60,000 nt of DNA, taken from Lytechinus pictus (Eukaryota). The stretch covers positions 12,960,001 to 13,020,000 of the forward strand of contig NC_087251.1 of assembly GCF_037042905.1 (NCBI RefSeq). Reading direction: 5' to 3'. The translations under genes were made by a program, and so were the position numbers. Every line of letters begins with the position of its first letter. The stretch's first letter is position 1. Below, piece after piece: positions 32,423-46,600 of this stretch. The notes under the pieces are model-generated. The model did not search any database, was not told the origin of the DNA, and saw nothing but the letters and a program-made list of their open reading frames with translations.

Positions 32423-32548
32423 ATGGCAGAGGAAAAGAAGAGTGGTGTGACTAGTAATCTGAAAGCCAAGATTGTGATTCAACAATGTCTGTCTGCAACA
32501 CTACAAGTCAAACCTCAATCTGATGGTGTAGAGGCTGAATATGTAGAG
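32423..32548 (+). CDS. DTD2: DTD2 exon (MAEEKK...[12 protein letters not shown]...EYVE)
   Basis: exon acceptor at 32384, donor gtctgc at 32549. Confidence 0.85.
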
Positions 32549-33892
32549 GTCTGCTTCAATTAATCACTCATTCCTTTTTGTAATTGTGACTCTGCCTCTT
32601 GGGACCACAGACTTAGATGATATTTGATTAAATGTTTTGCATATTCTGAAAAAAATGAATGCTTTGAGTTAGATGATTATTAGAACCTTGGAAGGTCGAC
32701 TTATGTAGAATCTACTGTACATGTCATATCTTAAAGGAAAATTGTTATGAAATTTCCAACAAAATCTATTGAGTATTGGCTTTAACTTCATTGCAGGCAA
32801 TTGCAGATATCATGGGATGTCAATTGGCTATTGCATTTAGCCACACAGCCAAGAACGTGAGTGTAGGTTAATAACATAAGATAAAAGAAAACAAAAACGC
32901 ATTGAAAATAACCTAAATTTTAGAGTGGCTTTCATTCAATACTAATTATCTGTTGATCACCAAATTGTGTAACTCTCATGGAGACCCTATGATTACCGGT
33001 ACACTATTGTTTGTTGTTATGTTATTCCTCCAACAGATTGATCGAGGAGTAGTTCTCTATGTGTGTTTCTTGAAGGGAGCAGATGAAGAAACAGTAGAAA
33101 AGATGGGTGAGTTCCTGAATTTCACAGTAGTTTATCAGGTAGTATTGTTTGTTTTATAAAATTTCCACATCCATCCCCTGCATCTTGCTCTCTGGAATTG
33201 GTCATCCCTATTCCTAATTTTTGTATGTTTGCTGAGTATCTCTTCTTTAAACTCTTACATAAATCACTCTCCCACTCCCTTTCATATTTCATTCTCCCAT
33301 ATTTCCACATCTCTTTCTCATTCTCAACTCTCTATTATCCGTGTTCTTCCCCCATCTCCTACCTCTCCCCCTCCAGTAATCCCCCTCTTTCTTTTGTTCT
33401 GTATTACTATTCATTCCTAGTCTTTCCACTCTGTTTTTGTATTCTTCTATCTTCTTTTACGATGATTTTCCAAAACAATTATATTTTTGTGAACATAAAC
33501 ATACTTGCTCTCATTTAGTACAGACATTAAATGTAAATCAACATTGTTTGCTAATTTTTACAGCTAAGTTTGCCCTCAACATTCGGTTGAGCGAAGCACT
33601 CACTGGCTCCAAGTTGGTGTCCATCTTAGACCTGCCCGGAGACATCCTCGTTGTTCCCCAGGCAACACTTGGTGGCAAGGCTAAAGGGAAGATGATGCAA
33701 TACCATTCCAACATCTCAAAGGACACTGGGAGAGAACTCTATCAAAAGTTTGTTGATCTCTGTGAAGCTGATATAGCACGCAATGCAAGGACTTCAGAAG
33801 CAAATTGTAAGGTCAGGGGCGGGACCTATGGAAATAGGCAAGTGTTATCTCTTCAGACTAATGGACCATTTACACATACTATGGAGTTTTGA
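32423..33892 (+). CDS. DTD2: D-aminoacyl-tRNA deacylase 2 / Animalia-specific tRNA deacylase (ATD), about 174 aa; join(32423..32548,33037..33106,33564..33892)
   Basis: [30 protein letters not shown], the PQATL motif and C-terminal [18 protein letters not shown] are diagnostic of DTD2/ATD. Start codon is uncertain (in-frame ATG at 32390 and a possible upstream micro-exon). Confidence 0.93.
33037..33106 (+). CDS. DTD2: DTD2 exon ([23 protein letters not shown])
   Basis: caacag acceptor, gtgagt donor. Confidence 0.92.
33564..33892 (+). CDS. DTD2: DTD2 terminal exon (PQATL, TNGPFTH)
   Basis: tttttacag acceptor; ORF 33437..33892; AATAAA at about 34148. Confidence 0.94.
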
Positions 33893-36800
33893 TGCCTTTC
33901 CATGATTTGATGGTCTTCAAAATATGGTCAGAAGCAGGACCTCGGGTAGTGAGCAAATGCTGCCTTTGTTACCGATGGACCCTTACACATAGTCACATAC
34001 CATGAAGTATTATTGCCAACCAGTGACTTGATGACTTTGTTTCAATATAAGTTAAATTTGGAATACATGGACGTTTTACATTCCTACTATCAACATATAT
34101 TTTGGAAATATTTCATTTGAAAATTGTTCTATGTATAAATGCCATGAATAAAGTGCCAGTAGTTTTGCAGTTCACATTTCAGTTGTAAAGAGTAATATAC
34201 AAGACAATATGAAACATTCCTCTGATATAGAAAGACCTGTTGAATCCAGCTTCAATGTACCTCGTTATAGCAGTAAATCTTGATAGATTGGATCTGATTA
34301 ATAAAATAAAATCAAGAACTAAAATTAGAAATGTGTAGCTTGTTATACAGGAGTGCTGATTTATGAAATCTCTTTACCATAACATTAATGTACCTTTGTA
34401 TTGTAGGTTAATATAAAACCAAGGGTCTGTTGAAACAAAAGTAAAATTTTGTTTTCTTCTTGAATCATGGAACATTATTCAGCATATTAGACGGCTGAAG
34501 TATTTCAATCAAATTCAAAACATGAACTTGCTGAAAGTATATTCCGCAACATTTCAACAGGGTATATTCATTTTCATCAGATGGTAGAAGGAGTCCGAGC
34601 CAGGTTTTAGAGAAGTCTGCAAGGCCCAAGATGTCCCTCTATTGTCTACCCAAGTGAAAGATCACATGACACCCAACTCTTTGCCACATACTCGCTCTAC
34701 AACCTTTTAATATTGGGAGAGGTGTCCTTGTCTGAATTTTGTGGAATATATTTTTGATAAGTCCAAATGTAGATTTGTAATTCTCAAACTGTTTGCAGTC
34801 AAAGCAAATGAATGATAATATCACCATACAGTTCTATAGAAAATATATATATTTTTCATCATATTGATATTGTCATAAAAGAGAATATTACCAGCCAATA
34901 AATTGCTTCTCAACTCATCCACTGTTTTTTTTTGTGTTTTGTTTTTTGCCATGCTAGCAATAAAGTTCTGCTTTGCTTTCTTTTAATTTAATTGATTGAG
35001 TATGAGGGAGAAACAATAAATAATTTAAAAAAACACAAAAAACAGATTGTTTTAGTGCTATAGCAAATGAAATGATCTCTGGAGAGGATAGATATTAAGT
35101 TCTTTGAAAATTTGGTCACAATGATCCTAAATCAGGAATGTTGCTTAAATAAAAGATGTAGGGTTGTATGTCAAATACATAATCCAATGAAATACAAGTA
35201 TCTTGAGCTATTAAAGGACACGGGCTGTTTCTTGAGCAATAATGAAAAACATCCATGTGTACGACCACATTGATTTCTATCCAGGGTTTTCATTCAGAAA
35301 AGTAGAGATGTGGTAAGGTCTTTTAGCTATTCGACTAATGGCTCTCAGGTTGTCCTCAAGGAGTTCTCTTACAGGGGATTTTCACCCTGATAACAAAGGT
35401 GTCTACATAAAAGCAGGAATAAAGAAGAGATACATTTTGGTAAATGTTTGGCAAAAATCCAAAGACTTATGAATTTTTAAACTTGAAATTGTGATTTCAT
35501 ATACAAAAAGCTGCCCCATATGGCATGTTATATAAAGTTCATAGATTCATTTGTGTAATGGCTTACAATTACTGAAAATATTCTACTGATAGAAGTGGGT
35601 ATGAAATGATGATTTAATGAATGCACAAGTAAACTCATTTTGCTTTAAGATATTGCATTTTATGAAAATGACTTTTCTGCATGTGAAATTACAATATTTA
35701 AACTAAAAAAAAACAACTCATGGATGGATTTTCCCTGATCTTTCACCAATATGTTTCATTTGGTCTGCTTTCGACAAAAAGTGACAAATTGAAAAAAAAA
35801 GTATCACTCCAAACACTTATCTTTTTTTCATAGAAAAAAACCCATCTTGATAATGGAATGGTTTCAAACTAGCATGATGAAATATTAAAAAAAAATATCT
35901 TTCTGCATTCACTTAATTTGTTAAGGCCCTTTTTAAGAAATATAAAATCATGATTTAGAGACGGCGCGATATATCTTGACAGGTAAAATTCAAATTATAC
36001 AAAGAATCAACAGATGAAAAAAAAAGACTTATTTTATCCCTTCACTTTTGTACAGTTGGAGTGTGGGATGATACTGTGATATTATTCACATTTAGAGTTC
36101 AAAACCAGAACCTTTTACCTTAGCTTTAGACAAGCTTTTCAACAGTGTTATATGAAACATGGGTAATCTGCAAAAAAAATTGTGCATGAAAAAAAAAGTG
36201 AATTTTTTTTAATGAAAGGTGTCGTGTGTGAATGTGATGGTGGAAAATAATTTGTGGCGAGACTTGTGTGCATCAGTGAATGATGTAAGTGATATGAACT
36301 CTTAACATTGAACGATTGTAAATACAAGATAATTACTTTTTATATAAAGCAATTTAATATCACTTATCCATTACTTCTACATGTACATGTTACATGATAA
36401 ATATAAAATCAATATTTTTTTAACAATTCTGAAACTTGTGAGTTAATTGTGAATGAATTTTGTTTACAATTTTTTCTAAAGAAACATAAGGACCCATGCT
36501 TGTGATAAGAAAATTCATATGAAATAACATGATTACTTTGGAAATGCATATTTCTATGCCATCAATCATGCATTGATCAATATCTCTGAATAATTGGATT
36601 GTGAACTACCAAACAAATCAATAAATCATTACATATCTATGCCACTGAATACCAGTAATTCCTTAGGGAATGCCCAATTTGATTTCAATGTGTTTTGTGA
36701 TAAATATTTGAATCACAAAAGACTATCATGAAAGGAGGAATAATAGATTTCGTTAGCATGGCAAGAGGGAGTCTTTTCCCTTAGGAGAGTTACATGTATG

Positions 36801-37414
36801 TCCACACAGTACAACCTTTAACTCCTTAAGACAGTGAAACCTTTTAAAGAAACACTTATATTCAAACTGAAAGAAATGTTCCTTCCAATATGCTATTTTA
36901 CCTAGTTTCCACTTTCATCATTTGCACGATTGAAACCGTGGTCTAAATCATGGATTAATTGTATTGATTGTGTCAGATCTTAAGGTCAGTCGTGATTGTA
37001 GAGAAATATTCTGATGGTTAAAAAAATTTCCTGTTCAGCTACGACACGCCAATCATAACAGGTGAACGGCAGTGGGAACAGGGTATTAAGAAAGGTATGT
37101 ATTACATTTCTTCTTTGCTCATGCACAAAGTGGTCCGAGTACCTGATCACCCTTTATTCAATACTCAGGAATCAGCCAGGCTAGCCAGCTTTCCATGTCG
37201 GACATGACTTTATAGAGTTCTCTACTGACTTAACTTATAAGCTGTTCTTAAAAGCGCTGGCTGGATGGAGAGGCTGGGGGCAAACTGGGGCTCATGCACT
37301 GCTGTGAGAGCTAGCACCTATGAAACAATGCATAAAACATGTTTATTCCAGTGTATAAGGAGTTACCCTCATTACATTTTACATCATACAGTCCAATGCT
37401 TTCATTGTGTAGTC

Positions 37415-37637
37415 TCATTTGGCAAGGGTTGCGAGAAGCATCTCCATCTTATGGATGAAGTTTCGTCCTGGCATCCGAGCCATGTCCACCTCCCGGAAGC
37501 CCTTGGGTAGATTCTCCCACTTCTCATCGGTAACAACATCGCTGAGGATCTCAGGTTGGGGTAAAAGGGGCGATGCCTTGCACCCCTGAACCATCACGGT
37601 GATGCCTTCCAGGGGATCAGAGCGCACTGCTACAGTC
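37415..37637 (-). CDS. MED17: MED17 exon 13 (terminal)
   Basis: SDVVTDEKWENL...FREV...MPGRNFIHKMEMLLATL, stop. Confidence 0.93.
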
Positions 37638-40600
37638 CTGTAGGATGACACAAACAGAGCAACTTCCAATAATACCTTTCAAAGACAATGCACATTAAGG
37701 CACACATTTCTTAAGAAAAACTGAAATAGAGACATCACACTAGTATTTACAACTCCCAAATCAGAAAAATCCGAAATTTTGCAAGTGTAATATAAGTAAA
37801 ATATTTATATTTTCAAATTATGAGAAATTTTTGAGGAAATTATTGAGATCGTAGGGAATTTACAATATAAATTGAACATGCATCAGATTAGAACTCAATG
37901 GTAACTTGCAAAATCATTAGGTATTTCAATGAACTGAAAAAAATTATCATACAGTGTTTCTTCTGATCAGACAGGTATGAATACACCTACCTAATATTAA
38001 ATAACAATTACTTCATACTCAATAAGCCAAGGATATGGTTAATTGATCAAAATAATGCATTTTTTCATATGCATCATAGATGACGTCTTTGTTCTCATCT
38101 ACAACCAATCACAGCATACAACCTAAAATGAGATAATAATTGACATTTTACAACAATTGACAAATACACAAATTATACGTTTGCAATTGTACTTACTTCT
38201 GACCATTGGGTGTTGTGAACATGAGTGCTGAGGTACTGCCTAGCTTGGCAGCTGGTCCTGTCCCAACTTGAATGTTATTTTGAAGCATGTGCATGCTCAT
38301 GTGTTTACATAGCTGGGCCAGGATTAACACTTGATGTTGCGAGACCTGAAAAAAATAACAAAATATTAGCCAATAATAAAGAATGTTCGAGATTTTTGAA
38401 ATGGTACTGCTTAATTTGTTAACAGGGGATTTCTCATAAGACTTAGAAACTTGAATATGGCAATCAAACGCAATATTTTAAATTGCATCAGCTATTTTGG
38501 AAGCATGGCCACAATAATGAAAACATAGGCACAAAGTTTGGTTATCTCATCTCAGTAATACTTAAAATTCTAGTCATTTATAAATATACTTTTGCAATGT
38601 GTACCTTGCTATTAACAGTTTTCTAAAACAGCCCTCCTCGTGTAATTGGCCACCGAGGAGAGGGAGGATAAAACTGGAGCACATTTAGCACCTTGTCTAG
38701 AAGATGTGTTTTGTTGGTACTGTCAAACCTGCTCTACCTCCCATCTGTATGGAAGAACCATCTCTCTATAAAATAAGTTTAGTTTCCAATGAATACATTT
38801 CCCATTGAAACATACCACCTTCCTTGTTTTCTGTATGGAAGAACCATCTCTCTATAAAATAAGTTTAGTTTCCAATGAATAAATTTCCCATTGAAACATA
38901 CCACCTTCCTTGTTTCCTGTATGGAAGAACCATCTCTCTATAAAATAAGTTTAGTTTCCAATGAATAAATTTCCCATTGAAACATACCACCTTCCTTGTT
39001 TTCTGTATGGAAGAACCATCTCTCTATAAAATAAGTTTAGTTTCCAATGAATAAATTTCCCATTGAAACATACCACCTTCCTTGTTTTCTGTATGGAAGA
39101 ACCATCTCTCTATAAAATAAGTTTAGTTTCCAATGAATAAATTTCCCATTGAAACATACCACCTTCCTTGTTTTCTGTATGGAAGAACCATCTCTCTATA
39201 AAATAAGTTTAGTTTCCAATGAATAAATTTCCCATTGAAACATACCACCTTCCTTGTTTTCTGTATGGAAGAACCATCTCTCTATAAAATAAGTTTAGTT
39301 TCCAATGAATAAATTTCCCATTGAAACATACCACCTTCCTTGTTTTCTGTATGGAAGAACCATCTCTCTATAAAATAAGTTTAGTTTCCAATGAATACAT
39401 TTCCCATTGAAACATACCACCTTCCTTGTTTTCTGTATGGAAGAACCATCTCTCTATAAAATGAGTTTAGTTTCCAATGAATAAATTTCCCATTGAAACA
39501 TACCACCTTCCTTGTTTTCTGTATGGAAGAACCATCTCTCTATAAAATAAGTTTAGTTTCCAATGAATACATTTCCCATTGAAACATACCACCTTCCTTG
39601 TTTTCTGTATGGAAGAACCATCTCTCTATAAAATAAGTTTAGTTTCCAATGAATAAATTTCCCATTGAAACATACCACCTTCCTTGTTTTCTGTATGGAA
39701 GAACCATCTCTCTATAAAATAAGTTTAGTTTCCAATGAATACATTTCCCATTGAAACATACCACCTTCCTTGTTTTCTGTATGGAAGAACCATCTCTCTA
39801 TAAAATAAGTTTAGTTTCCAATGAATAAATTTCCCATTGAAACATACCACCTTCCTTGTTTTCTGTATGGAAGAACCATCTCTCTATAAAATAAGTTTAG
39901 TTTCCAATGAATAAATTTCCCATTGAAACATACCACCTTCCTTGTTTCCTGTATGGAAGAACCATCTCTCTATAAAATAAGTTTAGTTTCCAATGAATAA
40001 ATTTCCCATTGAAACATACCACCTTCCTTGTTTTCTGTATGGAAGAACCATCTCTCTATAAAATAAGTTTAGTTTCCAATGAATAAATTTCCCATTGAAA
40101 CATACCACCTTCCTTGTTTTCTGTATGGAAGAACCATCTCTCTATAAAATAAGTTTAGTTTCCAATGAATAAATTTCCCATTGAAACATACCACCTTCCT
40201 TGTTTTCTGTATGGAAGAACCATCTCTCTATAAAATAAGTTTAGTTTCCAATGAATAAATTTCCCATTGAAACATACCACCTTCCTTGTTTTCTGTATGG
40301 AAGAACCATCTCTCTATAAAATAAGTTTAGTTTCCAATGAATAAATTTCCCATTGAAACATACCACCTTCCTTGTTTTCTGTATGGAAGAACCATCTCTC
40401 TATAAAATAAGTTTAGTTTCCAATGAATAAATTTCCCATTGAAACATACCACCTTCCTTGTTATCTGTATGGAAGAACCATCTCTCTATAAAATAAGTTT
40501 AGTTTCCAATGAACAAATTTCCCATTGAAACATACCACCTTCCTTGTTTCCTGTATGGAAGGACCATCTCTCTATAAAATAAGTTTAGTTTCCAATGAAT

Positions 40601-43600
40601 AAATTTCCCATTGAAACATACCACCTTCCTTGTTTCCTGTATGGAAGAACCATCTCTCTATAAAATAAGTTTAGTTTCCAATGAATAAATTTCCCATTGA
40701 AACATACCACCTTCCTTGTTTCCCTTTGGTGGTCTTTATAGAAAGATTCATTGTCCCTTACCATACACGTGATGAGATCTCGTAGTTCTTGTAGATGGTG
40801 TGTAAGTTTAACGACCCGCCCATCTTTCATTACCGCCTGAATACTTTCCGTCTCTACACATAAGTGGAGAGAAGACCTGCAAACAACCACATATAGATAT
40901 TCATAAATATATCATCAATCTAGGTCAGTAGTGTTAGTTGATTTGTATGAATTAAATTTTAATGAAAAAAAAAAATCCCTGGAATTATTCATATTCTAAT
41001 TCTCTTTACCATGTAGGCACAAATAATTTGTTCCTTGCTACACAAATTATGCTTTGTAAAGCAAAATCCTATTTCCTCCTCATGGGCAACAAATTCAAAG
41101 AGAACTTATGTTGACATTAAAGTCGAAATTAGCAAATAAGCAACAACATAATTTACCTGAGTAGTTGTTCATAGATGTATCCACTGGAGGTCATATGAAC
41201 TTTGACTGTTGATTGCAATGGTTGAGTCATAGCTCCCCAATGTGCCTGGATACTGGGATCTTCATACTCTCCTGACATGTCATCTAGTAACTTCCCAACC
41301 CTGTAAAAACATAGATATAATCTTTAAGTAAAAATCATAAATGTAGATTTTATTTGTATATAAATATTCAAAAGAATTCTATATTCATTGATTTATCAGG
41401 AATAATAGAGCAAATGTTCTCCTTGACAGGATAAAAACCATAGATTTCATTGAAAAAAAAATCAATTGTGATTAAAGAATTGTCTAAACTCACCTGTGCC
41501 TGAGGACAATGTGCTTTGCCTGCTTCATAATCTTCTCCAGTAAACATTCCCTAAAGAAACAAATTAAACAACAAATTCAAAATTTTGACTTAAGGCAAAT
41601 CCTTATACAGACCTTACTGTATATTAATTCAACTCAACCAAACTGATTACATAACTACAGAAAATAATATCATAGTTTTTTTATCTGTTAAAACAATTAA
41701 TAAAAGACTAATTGAAAACTGAATAATATTAAAATTTTCTGTTGCTGTTACATTCTATATCCCAAGTACATGATCCATATTCTGAATGATAAAGTGATTA
41801 TATTTAAATAAACAAATATAATAAACAAATGTTTAAATTGCTTCAAAATAAGATAATGCTACTTTAAATTAAATTCAACTGACTAGTGATTTATGGTCCC
41901 CAAAGCAATAATAAATACAAAGGTTTGTTCTGAGTGCTTACGTCTGTTGAATTTGAGCAATTTCCTTGTGCCCTGCAGCCTGAAGAGACATAGTTCTCCT
42001 ACGTTTTGCCGCTGCAGTGTGAACAGCTGTGATAGGCCTAGGGGTAGCTCCATTCAGGTTGCCACGGTGAAGTTCTCGAAGCAACTGATGGAGGGAATGC
42101 TCAAGGGCATGGCTATGGTTTGGTTTCACTGCAGCCTCAGTCTATGCATGTATGCATCAAGAGAAAAAAGGTAGAATGTTTAGTCATTTACATACATTTT
42201 TTTTTTGTTGTTGAAACGTTTTTATTTAGTATAACCATCTCATACACATATTACAAAACGAGTTTAATAACCATATAAAATAACAATGTACAGTATGGAT
42301 AGGTTACATTTTGATAAAAAAAATACATACAACACAAAAACAACAAAGGGAAAAGAAAAGAAACACAGAGAAGCAATACAGGTCTGTTCGTCTACATTAC
42401 CCAAAATCTAATAAACTCAATTTTTTAAAAAATCTATACATAGTAGAGTCCCTATAAGCAATACACTTTTCTGTTCGGTACACTTGTTTTAATTTACTGG
42501 TAAACAAGTCAAAACAAGGAAGGATATTAATATATCTACACAGATATAAAGTTTTCTTTGCTACAATAAGGCAATGATTCAATAACACATCTTGCTTGTT
42601 TTTAATTCCGAATAAAACCTCTTCATCCTTTACTTGGATAATTTCTTTTTTAAATTTAGTATGCCACCATCTTAGAAATTCATTCCAAAAATATCGAGTA
42701 TGCGAACATTCTACCAACAGGTGTTCAATTGTTTCCTGTTCTTGTTTACAAAAAGAACACATCTCATTATCTACAACTTTCATTTTCTTTAACTTTGCAT
42801 TTACTAGTAAGCATCTTGTATTTATTTTATATTGAAATATTCTTGTTCTTGTATCTGGAATAACTTTAAAAGGCAACTCGTAAATAAAACTAAAATCATC
42901 TTCACTTATAGCATACCTTGATCTCCAATATATTTCAGAAGTAGGGGTTTGGTATTTATCTTCTTTTAATATCATATTTATGATCTTGGTTGACAATTTT
43001 GATATAAATATTTTTTTATTACCAAAAACTATACAAATATCTAGCTTTTTTAACAGATGTCGCCTCTCGAAACAACGAGCTTTAACTGTCTGTGGAATAG
43101 CAGAAACAATTGAACGCCAAAGAAGATAGTTTTTAAAGCCAATTTGTTGCCACTTTATAAAAGGGATTAATTGACCATTTTCATCAAATAAATCTTGTAT
43201 AAACCAAACACCAATATTGAACAATTCCTTCACAAAACAACTGACACCTGCTATTTTTTTTGTCTATTATTCCAAATAATACTTTCATGAGAAAATGCAT
43301 CATGGTTACTCAGATCTCTTAACTCAAAATAGGCATATAAGACCTCTTTATAAAAAGAGGGTACAAATCTTAGTTTTAAACAATCTTTTTTATCAAAATT
43401 ACAATAGAGTAAAAAGTGACCACCATATTTTCTTATAAAATGATTAAAATATATCTTCCATGAAGAAAGTCCTTCATCAAAAAATCTTACTATCCATTTT
43501 ATTTTGAGTGCCTTAAACATTGAACGAATATCGATCATATTCAGTCCCCCTTTAGAATAAGGGGCAATCAGTGTTGACTTTTTTATATAGTTCTTTTTTC

Positions 43601-46600
43601 CATTCCATAAAAAGGCATGTATAATTTTCTCAAGTTCTTCCACCACATGTTCAGGGACAGACAAAACTGAGGCACAAAATATGAACTTTGACAATTTACA
43701 TACATGGCATAGGGCCATCATAAAGAGTATAAAGTTTGTAAGACTTATGGCAATTAATTAACTTAATACTAAATAGGCAAGGTAAAGTTACGCAGATTTT
43801 AAATGTATAACTGATTAATATTTTCAAGTTTACTGGATAAATCATACTATTCATGGCTTCATTCCTTTACATTATATTACAAAGTTATTACTGAATAGCT
43901 TTTGATCTTATCTATGAACATCAAAATATTTCAGTTTGGGACCTGCATCCTCTTGAAAGTGCATATAAATATGAAAGCCAAGTATACATAACTTGCATAA
44001 TGGATACAAACATTCATCTAAGTATACATTATTTTCCTATTGAGTTTAACTCTAAAACCGCCGGGGGAGGGATTGAATCAACCCCCCCTTGATTTTCTGT
44101 GACAATTCCGCTGCAAGAAATTTCTCGACCGTGCCACTCACTGACTTTTTACTATGAAGTCTTGCGCATCTTTCAAGACCAAATTTATGATGCCCGAGTA
44201 TGTGGTCGAAAAATTACGCAACATAACGTAAGGTCAGACCCCAAATTGCTCCAAAACGTGATTTTGTGTACAAAGTCAATGTAAATTGAGTTCTCTTATC
44301 TTCTTCATAAAGATATTATTTTTTTTACTTTCAGCATATGATATTTTAGCATAATTTTACTTCAAAATGGTTCTGCTATAAATTTGGTAAAGAAAAGAAA
44401 GAAAAACAAAAGGTCTAAAAACAGAGAAATATATAAATTCATAAAACAATAGATAACATGTGAAATTAATTTCCTAACAAGATTTTTTTCATTTGTAATT
44501 GTTAGCAATGGTATAAAGAATATTAACACCAAAACTTAGCATCCTAGGAGCTTTTTTTAGTGAATTAGAGTAAAAAGTATGATTTACTTATGAATTAGCA
44601 TAATGAATGAATATTTTAAAAAATCTTACTATTTCTAAAAAATTGTCCATAAAGCCCCGTAGATAACATCCTACACCATTGTCATGCCAATTTTCACTGC
44701 GTTCGCGCGATCAGCGGCTGAGATCTCAAATTCACCCCCCCCCCCCCCGGGTCACATAACATCCAAAAAAGCCCAATCTGTGTAGGGTTAAGAAGATCAC
44801 TATCAATAAAGAGTGGTTTTCCAGCATTTTCAATGAGATTCATGTACAACAGTAAACTTTATACAATTGCTACAAAGAAACAAATAAGAAGTATAATTAA
44901 AGCCCACAGACAGAAGGAACAATGGATCACTTTAGGATGGAGTACAACATGCAAAATAAATTTCTATATTTTCCACAACCAACAAAATTCATGTGATACA
45001 GGGTTACATAAAAATTCAAATTTAATTTATATACCCAAATGGAAGAAATAATAGTAAGCAATCCCTTATTCGGAAAATGTATACTAAGTTGCCTAGACAA
45101 ACTTAAAACATCAACTAATTAAGTGGTGAAAAAATTAGTTTCTCAATTCATCCTCCACAAAGAAATAAAACAATCATGCACATATTTACAATATCATATC
45201 CATTACAACTTTACATATTAGGGTAACAATGATTGTGATTTAAATTATGTAAACATCAGCGAACGTAAGCAACCAATGGCAGGGCTCAATTCAATAGATT
45301 TCCTTAGAATTTTATGAGAAAACTTTTTAAGACTAACCTAATAAAATTACCCAACCCATGTTTATGATTCTGGTTTCACATTTTGGGGGTCTATAAAAAA
45401 ATCTATTTCTGCATGGTATTCCCAATAATATTTTACAAATCCATAACTTAACATCTATACAAAGTACCAACATATTAATAATAGGCTGTAGGGGAATATC
45501 CATGCAGTTAGCGGCCTGAAATAATTAACATTTACTCACTTTAGATGGTAAAATTCTCTGAAAAAGAATATAATTGAGTGAGGGAAAGCTGATCATTATA
45601 CTTACAATAAAATTATCAAAGTTCATATGCAACACTACATTATTTTTCTCAGAGATTCAAGTACATGTTTACATACTCCAACTTGTCACTTTTTTTCTAA
45701 TAACATTAGGCAGTAAATTTGCATCAACATGAACAAATATCACATACCATAGTACAAATAAATAACAAGTGGAGCGCCTCTGGCAGTCTTGCCTGCATTA
45801 CGCAATTCAATATACCAGCAGTGCCGACTTTGAAAACAACTATAGAATAATCATTCACAAAAAACACCTTTCATATGATGGTAATATACTAGGTTCATTG
45901 TCCCTAAATGATATTTGACCTTGATCGTATGACCAAAGATTTGTGCAAGACGATCAGTGATACTTGATTACCCCTATGTCCACATTTCATGAAGTAGATC
46001 CATAAACTTTTTAAGTTATGATGGGAATTTAACAAATACCCCAACACAGCCAAAGTTCATTGACCTTGGTCGTGTGACCTGAAATTCACGCAGGATGTTC
46101 ACTGATGCTTGATTACTCTTACTAGATCCATATACTTTCAGAGTTATGACATTAAAAAAAACTTAACCTTGGTTAAGATTTCATTTTGATTCCCCCAACA
46201 TAAAGTTCATTGAACCTAAATAACCCTTGACCTTGGATATGTGACCTGAAACTCACAAAGGATGTTCAGTGATACTTGATTACTCTTATGTCCAAGTTCC
46301 ATAAACTAGGCCCATATACTTTCTAAGTTATCATGTGATTTAAAAAACTTAACCTTAGGTTAAGATTTGATGTTGACGCCGCCTCCATCGGAAAAGCGGG
46401 GCCTATAGTCTCGCTCTGCTAAACAGACGAGACAAAAATGATCCATTGAAATCACACATATATTCTAAGATCAAGACTGTATTTTTCCTTCATTATTTCA
46501 TAAAACAATCACATTTTTTGTTAATCCGACCTCATTTTTTTTTTTCGTTCTTACCCAACTTCATGAATATAATTTGAGAGCATTACAACCTTTCATATAT

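Noticed and set aside
38745..40722. CRISPR-like array
   Set aside because: Units are contiguous 86-bp near-identical repeats with no unique spacers, no cas genes and a eukaryotic intronic context; this is a minisatellite
40585..40761. ORF continuation of MED17 exon 11 into the minisatellite
   Set aside because: Strong donor ATG|gtaagg at 40761 and the downstream exon restore the conserved sequence; the continuation is intronic
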